Program-made: the position numbers and the translations under genes
Source of the DNA: Phallusia mammillata
Taxonomy: Eukaryota
NCBI GenBank assembly: GCA_965637545.1
Contig: OZ281494.1
Coordinates: forward strand, 6,572,001-6,636,000
Reading direction: 5' to 3'
Length of the DNA: 64,000 nucleotides
The notes under the pieces: model-generated
Seen by the model: only the letters and a program-made list of their open reading frames with translations
What the model was told of the DNA's origin: nothing
Databases searched by the model: none
Part shown: positions 12,943 through 24,850 of the stretch, piece by piece
Layout of the letters: each line of letters begins with the position of its first letter
How positions within the stretch are numbered: position 1 is the first letter of the stretch

Positions 12943-13066
12943 TACTGCAGGCAGTGCACACTGTTTCGACCTATATGGTCTCATCAGTGCAGCTGGCGAC
13001 GAGAGATCGGCCTTATTGGCTAGTGCAGCCATCCAACGGCACTCCCGTTCGTTGGGAGTAATAGAG
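12943..13066 (-). mobile_element. Penelope-like / retrozyme-like terminal relic
   Basis: Hammerhead plus about 70 bp of adjacent sequence that recurs, partly inverted, at 23054-23203. Confidence 0.65.
12944..12993 (-). ncRNA. Minimal type I hammerhead ribozyme fold (Penelope-like element relic); cleavage triplet reads GCC
   Basis: Minus strand GCUGCA CUGAUGA GACC-AUAUA-GGUC GAAA CAGUG-UG-CACUG C C UGCAGU. Core CUGAUGA/GAAA and stems I, II and III all pair. Confidence 0.85.
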
Positions 13067-13234
13067 TAAAAACCTATGCTACACCTAATCTGTGCGATGC
13101 CACAACTGCGCATACTGTTTCCGACTCTTTTCTGACATTTTTATCGCACATATGTTTTTTTCTGACTCATTTTTTTAACTTATGTGTGGCATATAAACTT
13201 GAACTACCTGAACTGTTGTTACTTTGCTTTATAA

Positions 13235-13569
13235 ATGTCTTCTCGTTATGTACACGTGTTTCTGGCTGTTGGACTGGCCAGTAAGTCGCGTTTATTTCAA
13301 GATGATTTTAGTAAGGCTCTTACTGAATATGCACTTCTTAAATATTGACAAATATTTTGTGTTTTTACAGCTTCGTTGGGTTTGGCAGCAAGTCATTGCC
13401 TTCATCTGCCAATTTCCAACACTACAGGCAACCTATAAAAGTACAGCGGTGTGTGTGGAACTTTCTCTTCAACCTAGCAGTGGATGTCGTGTGATGATTT
13501 TTAAATTGTTGGAAACTGTGTTTTGTGGTCATAAATGTACGTTTATATTTGGTTTGCCCTGCGAGCCAG
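13235..13569 (+). pseudogene. X6: 5' fragment of a family member (paralog of the X3 5' end)
   Basis: Same exon 1 as X3 (MSSRYVHVFLAVGLA). Exon 2 has an in-frame TAA, shares the agtacagcggtgtg deletion with X3, and no WPP exon follows. Confidence 0.8.
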
Positions 13570-14131
13570 GTAAGATTTCAGGCTTTTTTTAGTGATCGTT
13601 TTGTAATGTATTGAAAGTCAAGTTTTTATGTGATGTTTTGTTATTTGTATCAGTTACTTTTTATAGTTTTCTGTTTTGCATGTTTTCGATTTGCTTTTTT
13701 TCCTTTTTTTGCTGTGTTGTTATTATTATGTTAAAATTATCGCTTGTAAAATGAAGCACTATTTGTGGTAGCCTGATTTTCCGATTGTGCGTACCTCGTT
13801 TGATCATAATTCTATTGCCAAATCGAGAAAAAAAAACATCAATGTGAAAAAAACATGTAAACTATCATTAGAATAATTACAGAGTAGAAATATATATCCT
13901 AATGTATAAGATAATAAGATGAAAAAATTAGAATTAATTACTCATCGGAATTCACAAAGAGGGAAATTGTTATATTGGCTGTGGAAAAATAATTGACTCT
14001 AGGAATAGTTATTAGTGTTTAAATTTAGTTGAAATCTTGCAACATTTAAAACAATAGGTGGGCGTTAGCTTATAAAAGAAACTGGCTCAACGATTGTTTG
14101 TAAGTTGCATTGGCTGAGCTTTGCTTTCAAC

Positions 14132-16578
14132 ATGCTGCAGTTTCCATTTGAATGTCTTTTTGTGACCCTAAAAATTGTAGGGCTTTGTCTAACGTCAATA
14201 ATAACCAGTGAGTAGAGGTTTTAAATACTTCAACATGAAACTTGTTTATGACGGCTAATTTGTGTTTTCGTAGCTTCGTTGGCTCTGAAACAGGGTTTCT
14301 GCCTACCTCTGCAAAGCTGCGACTCTTCAGGCTATTTGGTTCAAAGCACAGGTCGTAACTTTCCTGTCACTGGCAAATGTGTATATCAGTTTAATGAATC
14401 TCAACAAACAAGCAGAGAAAATGTTATGATGGTTTTCAAAGTGTTGGATGTTGGATTCTTTAATCAGAAATCTCAGTTTATTCTCCAGTTGCCTGATCAA
14501 CCAAGTAAAGTTACATTGTTTGGTTGTTACGGTGTAAGTTTTAACTGTGACTCTATTTTAGATGTAAAGTACTCATGTCCAAGAAGTGGTTGGTGCCAGA
14601 GCTATGTTAAACCTAATTCAAATGCGAATGAATGTAAACGATTGCTAGATGAAGCAAAATTGTGTGCTGATGACATTAGAGCTTCAGTTATGTGGCCGCC
14701 TGTTATCACCACTACATTTTATTTGAGTACATCAGTGATGTCATATCAATTTGTTGACTGCAATAACAACACAACGAGAATTACAAGCAAAGGTGAACGT
14801 TTTGTAAACATACGAGGCTTAACACAAAAACCGATGTATCAACCGTTTGTGACATAAGTGATTTAAATTAGCTTTCTTCTACAGATAAGTCATGGAACCC
14901 CACAACAAAACCTAGCATTTACAATGACAACCAACATACTGTTAAAGGTATTTTTGGTCGGATCCAAATATACTGACATTTCTTCTGACACTACCTGTAA
15001 CTTTATCCCACGTTTTGCCAATATTTTTTTGCCACCTACTCTGATATTATTTAATGAGGTAGTCACAAACATAAATATTTTGTTGATCGTTATTGTTTTA
15101 CACAGCAGGTATTACAAGTAACCCATCTACAACAACGACAACAGAAGATATTACAACATCGCGTAGTAAAACCACAGCTGATGCGGAATTCACTACAACG
15201 TCACCGAATAAAATTACATCACAGGTTAAAATGATAGAAGGTGGGTTAAGAAAAAAAATAACATTTATTTGTCTATTTTGACATAAATTAGATACTTCTT
15301 TGTCTCTTACGTGAAGTCGTGGCAAACTACCAATTCAAAAATTAGACTGTAGCATAGTTGAAGGTTTGTAAAATAATCATTCTCCCTTACAGATTTATTA
15401 TTCGATATTGTTTCTCTTTCCTCCCTTCACACGACTGACAACGTAATGTAATAATTTTGTTTCTACGTTGGTCTTGTTTGTTTTCTATGCTTTCCGGAAT
15501 GCTTCATTTGATGAAAAAAATCCCCCTGCAGATTCTTTATTAGTGAAGAACTCCCCTTACGTTAGTGCAATAACACAACGATAACGTTTGAGGCAAAAAT
15601 GATTTCGATTTTCGTGGTTTTGTATTATTGCAGACAGTCCACGGAACCCAACAAATAAAGCTGATCACATTCACAATGGCAAACTATATATTGTTAAAGG
15701 TATTTTTACTTGTGACATAAGAACTGGTGTGTTTCAAGATACCAATAACCTGATGAGGGCGTCTCGTATGGCTGTTTATAACAAAAGCGTTGGAACAGCT
15801 TATACATTATAGCCTAGGTGGCAACAAATATATGATTCATCTAAAATAATCCACAGCTTTTGTAATTGTAGAGACTACATGATTAGCATACGCCCTTAAT
15901 AAACCAAACAACAATGCATATGGTTTGATTCAATTTACATATTCTTTATCAAGTAGCAGATTTCAGTATTATATTTACTCAATGCTTTGATGATATTTCA
16001 GGCTTTTCCGTGACTGATATGATCGCCATAGCAACAGCGACAGTTGTGTTGGCGATTTTTTGTGTGCTTATCGTCGTCGCGTTGTGTCTTAAGCAGCGAA
16101 ATTACAAAAGGTAAAGCGTGTCAGTATTTCGATGCTTTTCTTTTTAAGTCACCGCTACTTTTATTGTCCAAAAATATTATTCCCAAAGCACTGTTTTTCC
16201 AATAATTTGTTGGAATGCATTGAAATACTATCTAGTAAATGTTTGTTGTTTAAAATTGTATACATGCACTTTGATCAAGCGTTCAATTCACACATAGAAA
16301 CATCAATTCAGACCAATACCAAGAACAAAATTATCAATCAAGAAGTTTGCGTGCTGCTTCTGAAATAGTGATTGAAGACCATTTCATTTCTCCGCCACCT
16401 ATGTCACACCACGGTAAACAAATTTGTAAAACCTGTTTGTCACGTTGAGTAATAAAACCTTTTTGTAGACTATGGCAGTTTGGACGTTGCAGCAGAACAA
16501 GACAACGATGATTATCTTGCCCCAATCCGACAACCAATTCCCGAATACATGGATTTTAATGAACCCAATCGGAATTAA
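14132..16578 (+). CDS. X7: apparently intact WPP-family receptor with multi-exon stalk and Tyr-motif tail
   Basis: MLQFPFECLFVTLKIVGLCLTSIIT|; domain exons 14274-14504 and 14562-about 14792; several phase-1 stalk exons; TM GFSVTDMIAIATATVVLAIFCVLIVVALCL; tail ending DYGSLDVAAEQDNDDYLAPIRQPIPEYMDFNEPNRN*. Confidence 0.85.
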
Positions 16579-17270
16579 AATAATCTGAGTCAACGTATTT
16601 TTTGTAATGTTTGTGATGCTATCCGGAAATTTTTTTTTATATTTGTGTACATTTTATGGTGTGATTGTTTACTTTGATTTTTTTTTCTTCTTCTTAGTTC
16701 CAAACCCCTTTTTCGATGTTGAAACATTTTGTTTTTATCATACTAAGTGTTAGCCTTTTGATTAACCAGCTTTTAAAAAAGCACTAATCTTTCTCGAATA
16801 TGCGTACCTGATTTAATCCTAATTCGTTCACAATATTCCAAAAATAAAACATCACTAAGACAAAATAATGTAGAGAATATTAAGAAAACAAGAAAGAATA
16901 TCCAGGATATGAGAATAGGTACTTGTGACATATTTGCATTGCGAGCGGAAAGCCGATTTTACATATTTTCAACGAAACGGCGTCCAGACTTACTATCACC
17001 ACCGCTATCAGATAATTAATTAAACGTTTCCAAATTACCGTCAGTGTACTTAGTTTGTAAATCTTATTAGGGTAATTTTATGCCATGACCTATGAATTTG
17101 AAGTTCAGCGAAAGAATGCTTTGACACTTACTTTGCGGTATAAAACTCAAGCGATAAATTTACTTTAAATAGTTTGTTGTAGCCGAAAATAATCACCGAT
17201 GTGCGCTCGTGACTCTACGGCATTGTTTGGGTTTAAGAGTCACATGGACAAACATTTTGCGTTTTTGCAG

Positions 17271-18353
17271 CTTTGTTGGGCTTGGCAGAAAGCTACTGCC
17301 TTACTATGCCAATTTCGGAAACTTAAGGTTATTTGCTACACAGTAGCACGTTTAAGAAACAAGAAGTACAAAATTGTGAGTGGAAGTTCAACAATTCTCT
17401 TCAACCTAGCAGTGGATGTCGTATGATGATTTTTACAAATCAAGTTCATGTTTAGATTGCCCGACAAGCCAGGTAAAGTTTGAAGCTGTTTTTCAGTGAT
17501 CATTGTATAATGCATTGAATCTATATCTGTATGTGTTAGATGTTGATGCTTCATGTTCAAAGAGTGGTTGGTGCCGGAATTACATCAAAAACGGTTTAAA
17601 TATGACTCAATGCAAACGCCTAATGAGTACAACAAACTTGTGCATTGATGGCATAAAAACTTCAGTTGTGTGGCCCCCTGTTATCACCACTGGATTCCAC
17701 AAGAGTTCAGCGGTGATGTCATATCACTTTTTAAACTGTGACTCCAGTTCGATGTCAGGTACTGCCGTGTTTTGAAAAACAATATTCCTTTAAGGGCTCT
17801 GTATAAAAATTACAGGTGTTTGTTTTATAGAAACACCAACAGACCAAGCAACGACCCAAACCTCAGCACGATGTAGCAGGCATATTGATTTTAAAGGTAT
17901 ATAAGTCAACACAATAACGCGGTAAATAAGTTATTGCAGCATGTAAATTTTTTTTATTTGCAATCGGCAAGTTGAATGAACATTACAAAACCGACACTAA
18001 CTTGTTTTGTTGTTCTTTAGAGCCTTCTGCGTGTTCATGCTCATCAATTCTACTGGGGCTGGTCGTGGTTCTTTTCATTTTACTTTTAATCGCTGGCACC
18101 GGATTGCTGTTCACGGTTTTCAAATCTAGGTAAAGCAATAGTAAAAAACGTGTATTGTGTGGTTTTGAGATATTTCCTTTATTTCAGGCAATTACAAAAG
18201 CCACAGAAAACTTCAAATGATGTCTACAGCATGGCCGATGCGTTGCCAACCATTTCTAAACGAGTCAGAACAGACAAAGTGAAAGTTATTTACGAATCAG
18301 CCGTTTCATCAACTGATAACAAAGTTGTTTATAATGATTTGTACAAGTTGTAA
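17271..18353 (+). pseudogene. X8: ITIM-type family member with premature TAA
   Basis: TAA at 17324-17326 where X3 has TCA; 30-nt in-frame deletion later in the same exon; WPP, TM and KVVYNDLYKL* exons are paralogous to X3; exon 1 not found. Confidence 0.85.
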
Positions 18354-18769
18354 ACTTTCGAATTTGTCTATTGTGGTAATTTTCATTCTGGACATTTGTG
18401 GTAAATTTCGTGAATAGGTGTGTTCTTTAGGTCTTTGGTCAAATCGTTTCAATATGGTGTAGCCTCGACTTTTCCCGCTTGGACGAACAAAAAGATTTAC
18501 ATGATCAGTATAGCATGATTTGTGTTCATTTGTTTTGGCATGAAGTAGACCAACACAAACCCACACGTGGATTTTCTTTTTGTGTTACTTTCTCAAGAAT
18601 GAGACAGTTGGCACTAGATAAAGTATTTAATCAACCATTTAATCAACGCATCCAAATTGTTTATCGAAAGACCAGTAGGTCATTTGCACCTATAAATAAC
18701 AGATTTTGCATCAATTAAATACACAACGGTGACCGTGAATATTTCAAACATCGAATTTGCATGACTATT

Positions 18770-19510
18770 TAGATGAACTTAAAAAAGTCGACCCCTATGC
18801 AAAAAATGGTTGGTTTTACCTGACTGGCAAATATATACCTAGTTATGGACGTTTTAAGTGCAGAGAGATTTCCTTTGTGGTCTGTTTAGCTATATCCCGA
18901 TTGACGAAAGTAAAAAGAATGTTGCCACTGTTTCTATTTTCTCTACTAATTTCAGGTTTGTAAAGTTAAAGATTTGTTTTTTAACACGTAAGCTTAGTAA
19001 ATAAAAAGTCCATGCGTAATGCCGTTAAGTCTGCAATTGTAAAAAGTACAATAAAATTTGAAGTTTGTAATGTCATGCAGTGCCGGAAGGGTCTCCTGGC
19101 CTGTAGGCCATTTTATAAGTGGCCCGAAAAGTACATTTTATAAGTGGCCCGAAAATCAGGATTGTCAACTAAAAAATTAGAATTGCATATGCATACAATT
19201 AAGTTGATTGCATTTGCATACAATTAAGTTGAACTCCATAAAAGTCAACCCCTATGCAAAAATGTTTGGTTGGGCCTGACTGCAAATAGTTGAGGACGTT
19301 TTAAGTTCAGAAAAAATCGCCAAGTTGTCTGTGTAGCTATATCCCGATTGACGATAATAAAAAAAAATGCTGGTACTGTTTCTATTTCCCCTACTAATTT
19401 CAGGTTTGTAAAGTTAAAGGTTTGTGTTTTAAGACGTAAGCTTAGTAAATTAAAAGTTCATGCGTAATGCCATTAGGTCTGCAATTATAAAACGTACAAT
19501 AAAATTTAAA
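18770..19510 (+). repeat. Local tandem duplication (about 300 bp) of the X9 upstream region + signal-peptide exon, with an unrelated fragment at the junction
   Basis: About 18770-19075 and about 19215-19510 both match about 7840-8150; each has ATG...CTAATTTCAG|gtttgt (18919, 19367). The spacer starts CAGTGCCGG at 19078 and contains short tandem repeats. Confidence 0.8.
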
Positions 19511-20722
19511 CTGTGAGTAGCCATAGAGTATCGACACTGTGAGTAGCCATAATTTCTGCAGACAATTTTTTGATCACACTATTTGGTTCTGCATTTGATT
19601 TTGGTGGCCTGTGAGAGCGTAAACTTATCCAAGGACCATGTTAAGCAATAAAACCTGAACCTAAAGCTTTGTTATACATCAACTTGCTATTTGTTCATTG
19701 TATAAATCCCATATTCATATTGCAATGTTTTGTATCAGCTGTGCGGAAGGAACAAACCGCACGTCTGTTGAAGATGGCTTTAATGGTACAACAAGGTATA
19801 TCTACACCGGCGCTGACAGCTTGGAAACTTGCGAATGGATTTCTATGGCATACACCGTGCAGATGTGGTGTTCGCATTGACGGTTTACAAACACGAAGCA
19901 CTAAACGGAAAGCAAGGGGAAGTGTTCACTTTGCCAAGTGGTGAGTTTGGCTGTTTAAAATTTGAATTGAGGATTGTATTAAATGCGTCAATCGAAAATC
20001 AAAACAAACAAAATTTTTTTTTGAGGAGACACGCTGTTGTCAATGATGACGGAACTTAATGTATCTCAGCAAAATGATGTTGCAGTTAAATACTTTCAAA
20101 ATGTGTTTGTAAAAAATGATTTTTAGTCACGTCAGCTCTTCATCAACATCTAACTTATCAAAACGTAATATGCTGCTTTAGGCGCGTTACAGAAACCTGT
20201 GATAGGCGAGCTGAGTGTAATCTATAATAATTACATTTTTTCTGATTTTATAGGACTGTAAAGTATCAATACTAAATTACATTCGTCAGAAGATCTAGTT
20301 GAACTTTACAGAACAGCGGCAAAACTTTCATTGATGTTTTGTTCACTTTTAAGTAATCAGATGCATTAAACACAACGTTTCCGAGTTAATGATTTAAAAT
20401 ACCTTTAGGTTTACAGGTCAACTTTCCAAAAGGTGACAATTTTAAATCAGGACTTTGGTGCCAGCTTTATGCAAGCAACAACCACCCACCAATGAAGAAA
20501 TGTGCGAAACGCTTTTCACATATCTGCAACAAAGCGCTTAAAATAAGCAAGCCGTGGCCACCTCGCATGACAACGTCGGTCTACTTCCTAAAGCTGGAGT
20601 TAGCTTTTGAGTTCTTGGATTGTGACAAAGATTTGAGTTTGACCACAATCCAGCATATCATTCATGCCACTACACCAAAAACTGCATCTACTCAGCGGCT
20701 ACAACAAACTCCCAACCTGCAG
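19367..20722 (+). pseudogene. X9: paralog of X4 with dead acceptor and -1 frameshift but retaining the WPP exon
   Basis: Acceptor ttgcag of X4 reads ttgcaa; 1-nt deletion near 19840; open exon GLQVNFPKG...WCQLY...KPWPPRMTTSVYF...FEFLDC. Confidence 0.75.
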
Positions 20723-22046
20723 GTACAGTACATTTTGTTTCTGAGTTTCTTTGGGTGACGTAGAATGTATCTAATATGCAAAATAATGTATTAGCTGTAA
20801 TTTCTGTAATTAAAGTGCAACAAAATAACAACGGGAATAATGTTTCATTCTGCAAGTTATCTAATTCCAGTCATATAACATTTTCACGTCACAGGTGTTC
20901 TGTGAATGACAACGGCTGTGTTAATCTTTTATTACCGGTAATCTTGTTTTAATTTTTTGTAGATTTGTTGCTGCTTGCTACTTTGAAAACATCCATCATA
21001 TTGTCAACAACAACTGTGGTTACAGCCGCACAAGTCCTCTAATGTTATACCAATAGACGTGTGAGTCAAATGAAAAACAACTTGTTAAAACGCGGGATAA
21101 ATTGATACAAAAACTGCAAATGTACACTGTAGTTGTCTTTATTTGATCCGTTGCCAAAAAATATGTCAAGTACTTTCCTGCCAATACAAGTAATTTTCAT
21201 GGTAACAGTTAAACTCTCACGACATTCAATTTTATAATACCCGTTTCAGGAAAAAAATCAAACATCACGAGACAAGTTGTACTGTGTGTTTTAAATTGTG
21301 TTTAACGTCTGCACCAAACGTTTACTCGCATGCTTTCCTGCGTAGTACTGTACAATAAACTATTTGCATTTGTGGTCCATACTTTGGTACAGAAAAGAGA
21401 AACAAAAACAAATATAGTAGTTGGCTTAGCATTATTAGATTAAAATAGTTGGCTTAGCATTATTAGATTAAAGATGAACTTGACATTTACAACATAAACA
21501 ATGCACGTCTATTTACACGTAAACGTGACGTCAGGAACCTTTTGCGCTGTTATGTGTGTGAGGAACTTGCTGTAACAAATTACGGGAAGTGATACTGAAC
21601 CATGAAACAGATTTTCAATAATCGGGCCTGCAAGCGTCAAGTCTATTATGAGTTTTCCGAACTATCGTTATGTTGTAATAAACAACGAAAACCACGTGCA
21701 ATAGTAAGGGTAAGGGGAGAGTATGAACATATATGTTCAGCCATGCGCAAGTTATTGTCACATGTTGTGCTTACGCAAACCGTTTCCGCAAAAACATCCC
21801 AAGTTAAAACAACGGATGTTGGCTCGAATAATAGCTGTGTCGTTGTCGCGGTGTGGATGTTATTTTGAATATGATTGCGGTTCAACGTTGACATGATGTT
21901 CGGACTTCAAGCAGTGCTATCGTCGCTTGATTTCCAAATTATTATTATTATTGTTATATCCTGCTCGTTGTACATTGTTATTACATTGAGAGTAAGGGTT
22001 AATAAAGTTTATGATAAACAAATCATGCGTCACTTCCACGTCACTG

Positions 22047-22095
22047 TGACGTCAGTGTGGTCTTTTCGTACGATCACAAGGTGGAGGGAAGTTCC
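22047..22095 (+). promoter_or_regulatory. CRE palindrome plus NF-kB-consensus site upstream of X10
   Basis: TGACGTCA at 22047-22054 and GGGAAGTTCC (GGGRNNYYCC) at 22086-22095. Motif match only. Confidence 0.3.
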
Positions 22096-23053
22096 CGTGA
22101 TATATGGCTGGAAGTAGCTCTTATGCTAATGCGGCTTCTCTCATAGTGAAAAAACGGTTGTGGATATTACTGGAAAAGCAAATTGGTAGAAACAACACTC
22201 TGGCATTTAACTATCTTCCACGGTCATAAAGAACACGATTTACACGTCACCGTAAACTTTGACGGGGGAAGCAAAAGTTTATGAATTACGCTATAAGGTT
22301 TGCGCTAAGCTTGCGCTAATTACGACAACATAAACATGACGCGTTTAATCAACGGAAGTTGTTCCCGCTTAATTGCTTCTCTATCGCGGGGGTGTTGTTA
22401 CTGTAGAAGGTATTTTTGTTAAACGCAAACATACTGTTTGGACCTCAAACTCAAAACGTGCTCTTGTGTAAGTACTGTTAGCATTGTTTAATCACTGATT
22501 TATTTTAATGTTCTATTATAAAATCTAAATTTTTTATGCTATTGCTGGAGTATTATATATATTTTTTTTCTTGAGCTTGTTTAAATATACACTGGATTTA
22601 TTGCAGTAATTGTTGTAACGGCGTCGACATGTTTTGCTGCTTGTCCGGGAAACATTGTGGGACGTTAAGGAACTTTGTCAAACAAAGCGACACATGAAGA
22701 GTTGTGTACATGGAACTTTAATCCTCCAGCAGATGTAGGAAACAACTACCTTCTGTCCATTACTGTGCTGCAATTTAAAACCACATTCAGCTTTTATAAT
22801 TCTGGAAAGAAAATTGCAATTATTAAATTTCCCGATGGTGAGTTTTATTATTCCAATTCCTGCTAATTTGAGTAAAGCTTAGTCACTTGACAGCAATATT
22901 TGTCTTTGGTAAATAATTAATCTATGCAGTGACTCAGTTGTTTTTATATTTCTTGATCAATAGATAAATAGAAGAAATTTGTTTTTATCCCTTTTATGTG
23001 GTATTTCAACAACTGAACTCTTCTTGTAAAAGCATCGAGCCAATAAATGATAA

Positions 23054-23103
23054 ACTGCAGACAATGCACACTGTTTCGACCTATAAGGTATTATCAGTGC
23101 AGC
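23054..23103 (-). ncRNA. Second hammerhead copy; GUC site intact but core mutated (CUGAUAA, stem II mismatch)
   Basis: Minus strand GCUGCA CUGAUAA UACC-UUAUA-GGUC GAAA CAGUG-UG-CAUUG UC UGCAGU. Confidence 0.75.
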
Positions 23104-23203
23104 GGGTGACGAGAGACTATGATACTCCCAACAAACTCGAGTGCCCTTGGATGGCTATACTAGCCAATACGGCCGATCTTTCGTCACCAGCTGCACTAAT
23201 GAT
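23054..23203. mobile_element. Penelope-like relic with direct + inverted segments, in an intron of X10
   Basis: 23054-23112 is a direct copy of about 12944-13003, and about 23113-23200 is the reverse complement of about 12985-13065, ending in gctgcactaatga. Confidence 0.7.
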
Positions 23204-24850
23204 TCTGCCGCTCGAGCTTTTGTTTTTCATACAACTCTAAGATTCTCTAAAAGTGATTTATTGCAATCGTTATTTGTTTTATTCCACTTCCTTTAAACAT
23301 TTATTTACGTCGTAGGCACAAGATTGAACCAAACTTCAGCTTTGACGTCTGCATTCTGTGGAAGTTACATCAAGAATCTCCATTGTAACGTCACAATTCC
23401 TGGTTGTCAGAGTCCAAACACAAGCATATCGTGGCCATCGATATTGAACACAGAGTTTTGTAACTTTGAGATTCAGCTCACTTATGCAATCATCACATTT
23501 CCTGGCGGTTGTCCCAGCAAACAGGCTTACGCGAGTAAAACAGGTATTGACTTCAGTTCATTAATCCCCATCAGACTCAATATTCTATGTTTGAGCTTTT
23601 ATTTTTGAACTGCAAAAGGGTTACCTAATGTTGTTGTTCAATTTTTTGTGATATCTATAAATCACTAAATTCTTTTAACAGAATTAACACATTAACAGAT
23701 TCTACTACTGCGTTTCAAACGACATCAGGATCAAATACAACTACAGAAGTGATTACAATTGCAACTAAAGTACAAAGAACAACTGCAATTGCAACAACAG
23801 CAGAAACAGCAACAATTACAACAACAGGAATAGGAACACAATCGTCGTTGAAACCAAACTCGACTTCTTCACCACTGTCAGCCGACAAAAGTGTGACAAC
23901 ATTATTCAGCAAGGAAACCACCAAGGATAAGGGTACAACCATAGGCGCCGAGTAGGCACCTTGGTTTTCTATCGCACGGTGGCGGCCACCGTGGATATGT
24001 TGGGTTGTTCGTAGCGGTATTGTACGAAATATCGTCAAATGAAGAAAATTAGTAACATTTTGTTTTTAAACAAGCGTACCGGCGAAATAACCACAAAACG
24101 TGCCTTAAAACAGCAACATACTTAGGTTAGTGCCTTGTTTATGACGCCAAACACACAATTGTCTGCCAGTGAATGTCTGGTCATTGTGTACAACGCAAAT
24201 GTGGTGTAATAAATGGTTATCTCAGGATATAAAACAGCAACAACTTGACGAAACATTCTTTGGACGTTGCTAAGCCAATGACAAACGTTACAGCAACGTG
24301 TGGCAATTTCCAACTAAATATTAATTGAAACAGACCTTTTTTCTAAATTATGACGAATTCTGCATTCTGTGGGAAATTTATTGAGGCTTTCAGTTCTTGT
24401 GATTGCACTCATTAGTGACGTCACACAAAGTGACGTCATATTTTACATTCGCCACCTTGATTTTTTGTAAAACTCGGCGCCTATGGGTACAACGTCCACT
24501 TTTAATTCAGTAGGTAACTGTGCAGGCAAAGAAATTCATTGTCAAGCTGTAATAAATGTTTAATATAGGCATGACGTGGTAAAATCATTTATGTTTGGGC
24601 TAACGTGTTTTAATTGTTGTTATTTTTCGCTTCAAGCAGAATCTTCCACATCTGCTCCAGAGCAAACAACAATTAAAACTGTCAAAACGACGGTAAAGCA
24701 TTGGCCCAGAGACGGCGGGGACACAGCAAATAGTCTTAGTAGCATAATATGTGATAATATGTAAGCAAAATGCGAATATGTTTTAAATTTCAAACTTGCT
24801 ATACACTCATTGGCTTGTATTTGTTAAATGAGCTTTTTAAGTTTTAATTG

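Larger units (their letters stand above)
9743..21808. repeat. Segmental duplication unit 2 (longer; carries the additional gene X7)
   Basis: Begins with the X2-like sequence accaacacac and ends at catcccaagttaaa, the same end as unit 1. Confidence 0.9.

Noticed and set aside
15750-15775. CTGATGA followed by a short possible stem
   Set aside because: It is not followed by GAAA and no stems I or III form.
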